A stretch of 32,000 nucleotides of DNA from an uncultured Erysipelotrichaceae bacterium (GTDB lineage Bacteria > Bacillota_I > Bacilli_A > Erysipelotrichales > Erysipelotrichaceae). Under the pieces are notes generated by a model, which saw nothing but the letters and a program-made list of their open reading frames with translations, was not told the origin of the DNA and did no database searches. The first letter of the stretch is position 1; every line of letters begins with the position of its first letter. The stretch lies in the NCBI GenBank assembly GCA_942492995.1, contig OW818653.1, positions 420,001 to 452,000 on the forward strand. The letters are read 5' to 3'. Position numbers and translations under genes: made by a program. Shown here piece after piece: positions 10,263 to 19,392 of this stretch.

Positions 10263-11396
10263 ATGAGTAATAATTTACATAGAGCATTTATTATATACGA
10301 AAGATATTATGATTTTGAATCAGATCATATTGTTTCAGGTGGAGTTCAAACATATATTTCAAATTTGATTCCAATTTTAATAGAGTCTGGATATAAATGT
10401 AATATATTTCAATATGGCGATAATAATTCAATGAATGAAAAAAGAATCCATAATTGCGATGTGATAAGTGTTCCAAATGCGAAAGTTAATGGAAGATACA
10501 AAACTAAAGTTGTTATTGATTATTTAAAAAGCGATTTTGACAGAATTAATGATCTATTAATTTTCGCTGATCATATATTAACTATTCGAAATAATGCATT
10601 AAACAGTATATCAATTCAACATGGAATTAATTGGGATATCCCTAAAGAAAAGAGTCGTAATAGTTTACATATGTTTTTGTCAAAAGCTCGATTTTCGTTT
10701 ATGGAGAATCAACGTTTAAAATATGTTACAAAAATAGTATGTGTGGACTATAATTTTCAAAACTGGTATAGAACACAGGTGGATATTCCTAATAATAATT
10801 TCATTATAATCCCGAATTTTACGAAGATAGCAAAAATATATGATAAAAATGATTCTCCTCTGAAAATCATTTTTGCAAGACGATTTGTAAAACATAGAGG
10901 AACAAGAATTTTTGCTGAAGTTATTAATCGACTTTTGCCAGAATTTGATAACATTGATATTACAATTGCTGGACGAGGAGAAGATGAAGAATTCCTACAT
11001 CAAAAGCTTGATAAATGGAAAGATCGAATTCATTTTACCCAGTATTTATCAGAGAAATCATTAGAAATTCATTCTGATAAACATATTGCTGTAGTTCCTA
11101 CTATTGGTTCGGAAGGTACGTCTTTATCTTTATTAGAAGCAATGTCAGCACAATGTGCAGTTATTTGTACTGATGTTGGCGGAATGACAAATGTAATTTT
11201 AGATAGATTTAATGGAAGAATAGTAAAAGCTGGTGATGTTGAACAATTGTACTTTGTATTGAAAGAAATTATAGAAAACCCATTTGAACGCAAAAGAATG
11301 GCTTTAGCTGGGTATGATTCTATAAAGTATTCATTTTCATTTGATCGTTGGGCTACGCAATGGCGAGCAATTTTTGATGATATAAAAAGAACATAG
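10263..11396 (+). CDS. GT4 (GT-B fold, group 1) glycosyltransferase
   Basis: C-terminal GT1/GT4 signature VVPTIGSEGTSLSLLEAMSAQCAVICTDVGGM...NGRIV (E-x7-E region). Confidence 0.8.
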   Translation: MSNNLHRAFIIYERYYDFESDHIVSGGVQTYISNLIPILIESGYKCNIFQYGDNNSMNEKRIHNCDVISVPNAKVNGRYKTKVVIDYLKSDFDRINDLLIFADHILTIRNNALNSISIQHGINWDIPKEKSRNSLHMFLSKARFSFMENQRLKYVTKIVCVDYNFQNWYRTQVDIPNNNFIIIPNFTKIAKIYDKNDSPLKIIFARRFVKHRGTRIFAEVINRLLPEFDNIDITIAGRGEDEEFLHQKLDKWKDRIHFTQYLSEKSLEIHSDKHIAVVPTIGSEGTSLSLLEAMSAQCAVICTDVGGMTNVILDRFNGRIVKAGDVEQLYFVLKEIIENPFERKRMALAGYDSIKYSFSFDRWATQWRAIFDDIKRT

Positions 11397-11418
11397 TATG
11401 CATTCATTGGGGGGTTAA

Positions 11419-12348
11419 ATGATTAATAAAGTAAAAAGGTTGTTTCCTTGGTTATATGATTATTATTGTCAATTATTACATTTAATAAAAATATTTAAAA
11501 TAAAAAGGTTAAAAAAGAAAAACACTAAGCAACGTCGTCAAATTATATCGAAAATGTATTTTGAGAGAATTGGGCATACAATAGACTGGGAAAAATTACA
11601 AACTTATACTGAAAAAATGCAGTGGGAGAAGTTGAACAATCTAAATCCATTAAAAACTACATTATCAGATAAATATCTTGTTAGGGAATGGGTAATTAAT
11701 AAAATAGGCTCAGAATACTTAATTCCACTATTAGGTGTATGGAATTCCTTTAATGAAATAAATTTTAATACATTACCAGATCAGTTTGTTCTAAAAACCA
11801 ATCATGGTTCAGGTACTAATTTAATCATTAAAAATAAAAATGAAATCAACTTGAAGAAATCAAAACAGATGTTTGATAATTGGATGGAAATTGATTTTGC
11901 TTATACAACTGGGTTTGAGTTACACTATTCAAATATAAAACGTAAGATTATTGCTGAGAAATACTTAGAAACAAATTTAGGTGAACTACAAGACTATAAA
12001 TTTATTTGTTTTGATAGTAAACCTTATTATTGTTGGGTGGATCTCGGTAGATTTGGGAAACATACACGAACAGTTTTTGATTTGAATTGGAATTTACAGC
12101 CTTGGACACAAGCATCATACGGAATTTATAAAAACAAAATTAATAAGCCGGAAAAATTCGATAAGATGATTGAATTAGTTACTATATTATGCCAAGGATT
12201 TTCCCAAGTTAGAGTTGATTTATATAATGTTGAAGGTAGAATTTATTTCGGTGAGATGACGTTTACTAATGGCAGTGGATTTGATCAAATAGTTCCAGAA
12301 GAGTATGACTTGATGTTAGGTAATCTTTGGAATATTGAATTGTTGTAA
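11419..12348 (+). CDS. ATP-grasp fold amidoligase family protein (TupA-like)
   Basis: SD GGGGGG at 11409-11414. The sequence runs colinear with the TupA-like ATP-grasp family as I remember it: YTEKMQWEKLNNLNPLKTTLSDKYLVREWV, IPLLGVWNSFNEINFNTLPDQFVLKTNHGSG, IIAEKYLE, LQDYKFICF, VRVDLYNVEGRIYFGEMTFTNGSGF. Confidence 0.75.
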   Translation: MINKVKRLFPWLYDYYCQLLHLIKIFKIKRLKKKNTKQRRQIISKMYFERIGHTIDWEKLQTYTEKMQWEKLNNLNPLKTTLSDKYLVREWVINKIGSEYLIPLLGVWNSFNEINFNTLPDQFVLKTNHGSGTNLIIKNKNEINLKKSKQMFDNWMEIDFAYTTGFELHYSNIKRKIIAEKYLETNLGELQDYKFICFDSKPYYCWVDLGRFGKHTRTVFDLNWNLQPWTQASYGIYKNKINKPEKFDKMIELVTILCQGFSQVRVDLYNVEGRIYFGEMTFTNGSGFDQIVPEEYDLMLGNLWNIELL

Positions 12349-12514
12349 CAAACTTAGTTATATTTAATAGTTATTTTAAAATATTGGAATTATAAGTTTA
12401 TTTTATTAGTAAAAGTTTCATTAACAATATAGAATAAAAAATTATTTAACTAATAATAATCGGAGTACAAATTTAAAAGGCTCTTTGAAATGATGTAAAG
12501 GTAATAAAAAGTAA

Positions 12515-13981
12515 ATGAATCGAGAAAAAATATTTTCATCACTTATATGGAAGCTTTTAGAGCGAGCTGGAATTCAAAGTGTAGGGTTTATTGTATCACT
12601 TATTTTAGCAAGGTTATTGTCTCCTAGTGATTATGGACTAATAACACTAATTATTGTTTTCATAAATTTAGCAAATGTTTTTATACAAGGTGGGTTCAAT
12701 ACTTCATTAATTCAAAAAAAAGATACTGATAACTTGGATTACTCAAGTGTTTTTATATTTAGCTTATTTACCTCATTCATTCTATACTTAGTACTGTTTT
12801 TCTCAGCACCATATATTGCTATTTTTTACAATGAATTAAAGCTAATAATGGTAATTAGAGTATTATCTTTAATACTTATTACAGGCGCAGTTAATTCTAT
12901 ACAAGTAGCATTTGTATCGCGAACTATGGAATTTAAAAAGCTATTTATGAGTAGTATTGGTTCAATTTTAATATCAGCAACAATAGGAATTGGAATGGCT
13001 TTAAATGGTTATGGAGTTTGGGCGCTTGTTTTTCAACAGATTTCAAATCAAATTTGTACTGTTATTATTATGTGGTTTACTATACCTTGGAGACCAAAAT
13101 TATTGTTTTCATTTAAAAGACTTAAAAATTTGCTTGGTTATGGTTGGAAGATACTATTAAGTAATTTAACAAATACGTTATTTTTAAATTTGAGAAGTCT
13201 GTTAATTGGGAAGATTTATACTCCTGAAATGTTAGGATATTTCAATAGAGGAAGACAATTTCCTGAAATTATTATGACTAATGTAAATGGTTCGATTCAA
13301 TCAGTAATGTTAGTTGCATATTCAAATGAGCAAGATAACACTTTAAAGATAAAATCGATGGTAAGAAGATCAATGACTGTTAGTTCATTCATTATATTTC
13401 CTATGATGTTTGGACTTGCAGTAGTTGCTGAACCTTTAGTAAGGCTACTTTTAACAGATAAATGGATATTAGCAATACCATATATTCAAATATGTGCTTT
13501 TACATATATGTTAATGCCAATCCATACAGCAAATTTACAAGCAATAAAAGCTATGGGTCATAGTGATATTATTTTGAAACTTGAAATAATAAGAAAAATA
13601 CTTGAGTTAAGCATTTTGGTTTTTAGTTTAAAATACGGTATCTTCGCAATTGCAATTGGTGAAGTTATAACTACTGTAATTTCTCTAGGAATTAATTTAT
13701 ATCCCAATAAACGTTTTATAAATTATGGAGTGCTTGAACAATTAAAAGATATTTTTCCTTCATTTATAAGTTCGTTAATTATGGCGGCAATAGTTCTAAG
13801 TATAAATTTTATTAGAATGAACTTACTTATTGGATTTTTAATTCAAATTATAGTAGGAGTAGTAATATATGTTCTCCTAGCATATTTATTTAATAGAGTT
13901 ACTGTTAATTATTTAAAAGATCTAATGCTTGGATATTTAAAAAGTTATAGAAGTAACAGAATAAAGGAATCTACAATATGA
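12515..13981 (+). CDS. wzx: Wzx-type polysaccharide repeat-unit flippase (MOP superfamily)
   Basis: 488 aa with about 12-14 hydrophobic segments. N-terminus LIWKLLERAGIQSVGFIVSLILARLLSPSDYGL is typical of the polysaccharide biosynthesis protein family. Confidence 0.8.
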   Translation: MNREKIFSSLIWKLLERAGIQSVGFIVSLILARLLSPSDYGLITLIIVFINLANVFIQGGFNTSLIQKKDTDNLDYSSVFIFSLFTSFILYLVLFFSAPYIAIFYNELKLIMVIRVLSLILITGAVNSIQVAFVSRTMEFKKLFMSSIGSILISATIGIGMALNGYGVWALVFQQISNQICTVIIMWFTIPWRPKLLFSFKRLKNLLGYGWKILLSNLTNTLFLNLRSLLIGKIYTPEMLGYFNRGRQFPEIIMTNVNGSIQSVMLVAYSNEQDNTLKIKSMVRRSMTVSSFIIFPMMFGLAVVAEPLVRLLLTDKWILAIPYIQICAFTYMLMPIHTANLQAIKAMGHSDIILKLEIIRKILELSILVFSLKYGIFAIAIGEVITTVISLGINLYPNKRFINYGVLEQLKDIFPSFISSLIMAAIVLSINFIRMNLLIGFLIQIIVGVVIYVLLAYLFNRVTVNYLKDLMLGYLKSYRSNRIKESTI

Positions 13982-15072
13982 AGAAAATAATGGTTGTTTT
14001 TGGAACAAGACCTGAAGCTATTAAAATGTGTCCGTTGGTTATTGAACTAAAAAATAGAGAAAATTTAAAAACAGTAGTTTGCGTAACTGGGCAACACAGA
14101 CAAATGCTTGATCAAGTTTTAGGTGCTTTCAATGTTGTACCGGAATATGATTTATCAATCATGAAGCAAAATCAAACTTTGTTTGATGTAACTTTAAATA
14201 TACTTGATAAAATGAGAATTATACTTAAAGAAGTAAATCCAGATGTTGTACTTGTTCACGGAGATACATCAACTACCTTTGTTACTTCATTAGCTTGCTT
14301 TTATATGCAGATTCCAGTTGGACATGTAGAGGCTGGATTAAGAACTTATGATATTTATTCTCCATATCCTGAAGAATTTAATCGTCAAGCAGTTGGAATT
14401 ATTGCAAAATACAATTTTGCTCCTACTAATATATCGAGAGAAAATTTATTAAGAGAAGGAAAGGATGAAGCGAGTATATTTGTAACTGGAAATACTGCAA
14501 TTGATGCATTAAAGACAACTGTTAGCTCCAAATATACACATTCTCAATTAGATTGGGCATCTGATAGTAAACTTATTATGATAACTGCTCACAGAAGAGA
14601 AAATATAGGCGAACCTATGAAACATATGTTTAGAGCTATTAAAAGAATAATTGATGAACACTCAGATATAAAAGCAATTTATCCAATACATATGAATCCA
14701 ATAGTAAGAGAGATTGCAAATGAAATTCTTGGAAATTGTGATCGAATTAGAATTATTGAGCCTCTAGAAGTCTTAGATTTTCATAATTTTTTATCAAAAT
14801 CTTACTTAATACTAACTGATAGTGGAGGCATTCAAGAAGAAGCTCCAAGTTTAGGAATACCAGTTTTAGTAATGAGAGATACAACTGAAAGACCTGAAGG
14901 GATAAAAGCTGGGACCTTAAAGCTTGTGGGTACAAATGAAGCTAATATTTATAATGCGTTTAAGTTACTTCTTGAGAACAAAAGTGAATACATCAAAATG
15001 AGTAAAGCAAGTAATCCATATGGAGATGGGTTTGCATGTAAAAGAATTGCAGATATTTTAGAAAGTGTTTAG
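13978..15072 (+). CDS. wecB: UDP-N-acetylglucosamine 2-epimerase (non-hydrolysing)
   Basis: VVFGTRPEAIKMCPL, VLVHGDTSTT, GHVEAGLRT, LTDSGGIQEEAPSLGIPVLVMRDTTERPEG. ATGA overlap with wzx. Confidence 0.92.
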   Translation: MKKIMVVFGTRPEAIKMCPLVIELKNRENLKTVVCVTGQHRQMLDQVLGAFNVVPEYDLSIMKQNQTLFDVTLNILDKMRIILKEVNPDVVLVHGDTSTTFVTSLACFYMQIPVGHVEAGLRTYDIYSPYPEEFNRQAVGIIAKYNFAPTNISRENLLREGKDEASIFVTGNTAIDALKTTVSSKYTHSQLDWASDSKLIMITAHRRENIGEPMKHMFRAIKRIIDEHSDIKAIYPIHMNPIVREIANEILGNCDRIRIIEPLEVLDFHNFLSKSYLILTDSGGIQEEAPSLGIPVLVMRDTTERPEGIKAGTLKLVGTNEANIYNAFKLLLENKSEYIKMSKASNPYGDGFACKRIADILESV

Positions 15073-15096
15073 TTACTCATTAGAAAGGGATAAAAT

Positions 15097-16263
15097 ATGA
15101 AAATTACTATAGCAGGTGCTGGTTACGTTGGATTATCCAACGCAATCCTTTTAGCGCAACATAATGAAGTTATTGCGTTAGATATTATTCAAGAAAAAGT
15201 TGATTTACTAAATAAGAGAAAATCACCAATTATTGATAAAGAAATAGAAGAGTATTTATCAACCAAGGAACTTAATCTTGTTGCGACTACGGATAACTAC
15301 ATAGCGTTTAAAGATGCTGAGTACGTTATTATTTCTACACCGACTAATTATGATGTAGATAAGAATTACTTCAATACACGTTCAGTTGAAGCTGTTATAG
15401 CGAATGTTTTATCTATTAATCCAAACGCAATAATGGTAGTTAAATCAACAGTACCTGTTGGATATACTGAAAAAGTTAGATTGATGTTTGATACAGATAA
15501 TATTATCTTTTCTCCAGAATTCTTAAGAGAAGGGAAAGCACTTTATGATAACTTATATCCTTCAAGGATTGTTGTAGGTGAGAAGTCTGAAAGAGCTAAA
15601 GTATTTGCGAATCTATTAAAACAAGGCGCAATCAAAGTAGACATTCCTTTATTATTTACAGGATCATCAGAAGCAGAAGCGATTAAACTATTTGCGAATA
15701 CGTATCTTGCTTTAAGAGTAGCTTATTTTAATGAACTTGATTCATATGCTGAAGTACGTGATTTAAATACAAAAGAAATAATAGATGGAGTTGGTTTAGA
15801 TCCTCGTATAGGAACACATTACAATAATCCATCTTTTGGATATGGTGGGTATTGTTTACCAAAAGATACGAAACAATTATTAGCTAATTATGCGGATGTA
15901 CCTCAAAGCATTATGTCTGCGATTGTAGATGCGAATCGTACACGTAAAGATCATGTGGCTGAAATGATTCTTAAACGTAATCCAAAGATTGTTGGAATAT
16001 ATCGATTAACAATGAAAATGGATTCTGATAATTTCAGACAATCTGCTATTCAAGGTGTAATGAAACGTATTAAAGCAAAAGGTATAGAAGTTGTACTATT
16101 TGAACCAGCTTTAGATCAACCAGAGTTCTTTAATTCAAGAGTTATAAATAATCTAGAGGAATTTAAGGCTATTTCGGATGTTGTGGTTGCGAATAGAATA
16201 ACAAATGATATTATTGATATTAGAGAAAAAATTTATACTAGAGATATATTTTGTAAAGATTAG
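15097..16263 (+). CDS. ugd: UDP-glucose 6-dehydrogenase
   Basis: [56 protein letters not shown] (catalytic Cys). SD AAAGGGA at 15084-15090. Confidence 0.9.
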   Translation: MKITIAGAGYVGLSNAILLAQHNEVIALDIIQEKVDLLNKRKSPIIDKEIEEYLSTKELNLVATTDNYIAFKDAEYVIISTPTNYDVDKNYFNTRSVEAVIANVLSINPNAIMVVKSTVPVGYTEKVRLMFDTDNIIFSPEFLREGKALYDNLYPSRIVVGEKSERAKVFANLLKQGAIKVDIPLLFTGSSEAEAIKLFANTYLALRVAYFNELDSYAEVRDLNTKEIIDGVGLDPRIGTHYNNPSFGYGGYCLPKDTKQLLANYADVPQSIMSAIVDANRTRKDHVAEMILKRNPKIVGIYRLTMKMDSDNFRQSAIQGVMKRIKAKGIEVVLFEPALDQPEFFNSRVINNLEEFKAISDVVVANRITNDIIDIREKIYTRDIFCKD

Positions 16264-16372
16264 ATTTTGTAATAATTTTAAAGGTTTAAATTATTTTTAG
16301 ATATAATAATTTCGGTAATTTTGATATGGTATTGGATGATTTAAATAAAGAATTAATTGCAAATGGAGACTT

Positions 16373-17164
16373 ATGAAATATCGAATCAATTTAAGAAAAA
16401 ATGCACAACATACACTTAAAGAATTAATCAAGAGTAATGGCAACCTACTAATAATTCATTATTCATGTGAAAGCTTTTATGATATTCCAAACGGAAGATC
16501 TCCAAGAATTACTTCAATAGCGATTAGATATTTCAAATCAGGACAAACAAAATCATTTTCAATCCATAAAATGGCTGAAATTAATAAAATTAAATTTGAG
16601 GATATTGAAGAGAATTATGATATTTTAGAGAAAAAAATGTTAGATGATTATTTCGAATTTATCAAAATTCATATTGAATATAATTGGGTTCATTGGAATA
16701 TGCGAGATTCAAATTATGGGTTTGAAGCAATTGAATATAGATACACAGTTTTAGGCGGATTTCCAGTTGTAATAAATAATAAAAATAAATTTGATTTAGC
16801 TAATATTTTAATAGATTTGTATGGACCAAAGTATATAAGTCATCCGAGATTAGAGAATTTGATAAAGCTGAATAAAATTTCAACACAGAACTTTTTAAGT
16901 GGTAAAGAAGAAGCTGAGTGTTTTACAAAAAAAGAATTTGTAAAACTTCATCAATCAACTTTGAGAAAAGTTGATATTTTTCAGACATTAATAGACAGAG
17001 AATTAAATAATGAATTAAGAAATTATTCAAAATTTATTGATATTTATGGATTGACTCCACAGAGTGTTTTTCTGTTCATACAAAGTAATTGGTTGGCTAA
17101 TTTGGTCTATTCTATAGTTTTGATTATTCTTGGTGCGTTTATCGGTCAAGCTATAGGATCATAA
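16373..17164 (+). CDS. Hypothetical protein with a single C-terminal transmembrane anchor (cassette gene A)
   Basis: SD GGAG at 16365-16368. 263 aa with no N-terminal signal sequence. The only strongly hydrophobic segment is the extreme C-terminus (LANLVYSIVLIILGAFIGQAIG, about aa 241-262). No family recognised. Confidence 0.6.
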   Translation: MKYRINLRKNAQHTLKELIKSNGNLLIIHYSCESFYDIPNGRSPRITSIAIRYFKSGQTKSFSIHKMAEINKIKFEDIEENYDILEKKMLDDYFEFIKIHIEYNWVHWNMRDSNYGFEAIEYRYTVLGGFPVVINNKNKFDLANILIDLYGPKYISHPRLENLIKLNKISTQNFLSGKEEAECFTKKEFVKLHQSTLRKVDIFQTLIDRELNNELRNYSKFIDIYGLTPQSVFLFIQSNWLANLVYSIVLIILGAFIGQAIGS

Positions 17165-17235
17165 ATATTATATTTACACTAAAATTGATTCTGATATTTG
17201 TATACTTTTAATTAATGAAAAAATGAGGTCATTAT

Positions 17236-19392
17236 ATGAAAATTGATTTACATTGTCATACCAAAAAAGTGAAGTCAGGCGATCCAATTACTAGAAATGT
17301 TAGCAAAGAAATATTTATAGATAAATTATCAGATTCATCTGTGTCTTTTGTAGCAATTACAAATCATAATCATTTCGATATAAGTCAGTATAATGATTTT
17401 TCTAATAATGATAAAGATATAATAATTTTTCCTGGAGTTGAGCTTGATATTGATGGCAAAGAAAGCTCTGGACATTGTTTGTTAATTACTTCTCCTAAAA
17501 ATGTTCATATTTTCAATGAAAACTTATATAGAAAAATAGGTAGTTTTCTACCAGATGATTTCAAAATGGATATTGATGATTTGTTGAATTTTGTTAAATC
17601 TGGTGAATATATAGTAGTGCCACATTATGGTTCAAAGTCACATTCTCTTTGTGAGAATGATATTGACTACATTATTAAGAATATTAGTAAAGTCCCGGTA
17701 TTGCTTGAACCTTCTAACTTAAGAAGTGCTGGAATTATGATTGCACATAATAAATCTACTATTATCGGATCTGATGTTAAAGATTGGACTAAATATAGCG
17801 AATCAAGATTACCTGAAATGAAAATTTTAATTAGTGGATTTGATCATTTATTGAAGCTTTTAAAAAAAGATATACCTACAATTGAAACATTTGTTAAAGG
17901 AAAATTTGCTGAAGAAGTTCATATAAACCCTGTGAAATATCCGGATTGTAATTTAAAGATAAATATCTATAATGACATAAACGTTATTTTTGGCGGTAAA
18001 GGTACAGGTAAGACTGAATTAATTCTAACTTGTATAAAAGACCATTTTGAGAGAAAGGGATATAATGATGTTTCAACATACTTTCCAAATGATAGTGATA
18101 AATTACAGGATTTTGACTCATTAAAAATAAATACACCTAAAGTAAATGATTTATCAAAATTAACAAACAATAATTTATCTAAAGAGTTTTCAATTGTCAA
18201 CGGTCATAAAACTGTTTCAATTACTTCAACATCAGAATATTATAAATGGTTGAATTCAGAAAAGCTCAAAGAAGTAAAATTTGGGTTTGCTAATGCTGTT
18301 TTTAATGTTGCATTAAAAGTATATGAAAAAGAGTATGTGGATGAAAAAGTTCATTACCAAAATACAATCGAAACGAAAAATAAAATGCTAACATTAGTAG
18401 GTGAAAAATATTTAACATCTACAGAAATTGACCAACTTAAATTATTATTAGAGAAAATAGTTAATAATTCTTGGTTAGAATTAGTTAAAGTTACAGCAGA
18501 TTATCATTCATTAATTTTAACAAAATGGAGTATTGAACTTTTTAAGAAGACTTATGTCAATAAAAAAGGAGTACATGTTAAACCTATACAAACTGGGTTT
18601 ATCTCTTTATTTGAAAATTCTTATATGCTTTATAATTCTGCATGCTCAATAAAACTGGCAATGGAAACAAAACCAATATTTGAGAAAACTGCTATAGGTA
18701 ACATAATAGGCAAAGGGGCAATTTATCGAGAAATCGAATATTCGATAAATCCTAGTTCTTATGTTCCTAAATCGACAAAACATATAAATCAGTCAATTAC
18801 TCATCAAGGAATTAAGTTATATTCTTCAAGTATTAATAAAATAGTTCAAAATACATTCTCGGATCTAGAACAAAGTACAATTAATGATTTTAAAACAAGC
18901 TTTAATCAATGGAATATAAACGACTTGTCAGATTTACTTCTCTGTAATACAAGAATTATTGATGAAAACAATATTATATACGATGCTTCTCCTGGTGAGA
19001 AAGCCATGTTGTTATTAAATTATAAATTAATGGATGATACAAAAAATGTTTATATACTTGATGAGCCTGAATCCAAAGTTGGACATAAATATATAAACGA
19101 TGTAATTATTCCACGTCTTTTAGAGTTATCTAGACAAGATAAGAAGATTATACTTACTACACATGATGCAAACATTGCTGTCCGAACACTTCCTCTCACT
19201 TCGATTTATCGTGAGCAATACAGGGTTAATTCAAAAGTTAATTATAGAACATACATTGGTAGTCCATTCCTAGACGAAATGAAATGCTATGAAGAAGATA
19301 TTGAACCTATAGATTGGGTTATAACAAGTATGGAATCTTTAGAAGGGGGAGAAAATGCATTTTTAGAAAGAGGAGAAAATTATGGAAAATAG
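17236..19392 (+). CDS. PHP-domain phosphoesterase fused to an ABC/SMC-like P-loop ATPase (cassette gene B)
   Basis: SD GAGG at 17225-17228. PHP ligand pattern: DLHCHT (H6, H8), AITNHNH (aa 40-46), GVELD (67-71), SGHCLL (78-83), VVPHYGSKSH (127-136), IIGSDVKD (176-183). Walker A GGKGTGKT (aa 253-260). About 325 aa later come the signature-like ASPGEKAML (584-592), Walker B VYILDEPE (605-612) and ILTTHD (H643). Confidence 0.8.
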   Translation: MKIDLHCHTKKVKSGDPITRNVSKEIFIDKLSDSSVSFVAITNHNHFDISQYNDFSNNDKDIIIFPGVELDIDGKESSGHCLLITSPKNVHIFNENLYRKIGSFLPDDFKMDIDDLLNFVKSGEYIVVPHYGSKSHSLCENDIDYIIKNISKVPVLLEPSNLRSAGIMIAHNKSTIIGSDVKDWTKYSESRLPEMKILISGFDHLLKLLKKDIPTIETFVKGKFAEEVHINPVKYPDCNLKINIYNDINVIFGGKGTGKTELILTCIKDHFERKGYNDVSTYFPNDSDKLQDFDSLKINTPKVNDLSKLTNNNLSKEFSIVNGHKTVSITSTSEYYKWLNSEKLKEVKFGFANAVFNVALKVYEKEYVDEKVHYQNTIETKNKMLTLVGEKYLTSTEIDQLKLLLEKIVNNSWLELVKVTADYHSLILTKWSIELFKKTYVNKKGVHVKPIQTGFISLFENSYMLYNSACSIKLAMETKPIFEKTAIGNIIGKGAIYREIEYSINPSSYVPKSTKHINQSITHQGIKLYSSSINKIVQNTFSDLEQSTINDFKTSFNQWNINDLSDLLLCNTRIIDENNIIYDASPGEKAMLLLNYKLMDDTKNVYILDEPESKVGHKYINDVIIPRLLELSRQDKKIILTTHDANIAVRTLPLTSIYREQYRVNSKVNYRTYIGSPFLDEMKCYEEDIEPIDWVITSMESLEGGENAFLERGENYGK

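Noticed and set aside
17236-19392. Reading the PHP plus P-loop protein as a fused CpsB (PHP tyrosine phosphatase) and CpsD (BY-kinase) capsule regulator, given its position after a capsule locus.
   Set aside because: The ATPase has an ABC signature-like motif and about 325 aa between Walker A and Walker B. BY-kinases are compact (Walker A, A', B within about 150 aa), end in a Tyr cluster and need a CpsC-like partner, none of which is present. The cassette is also compositionally distinct from the flanking ugd.
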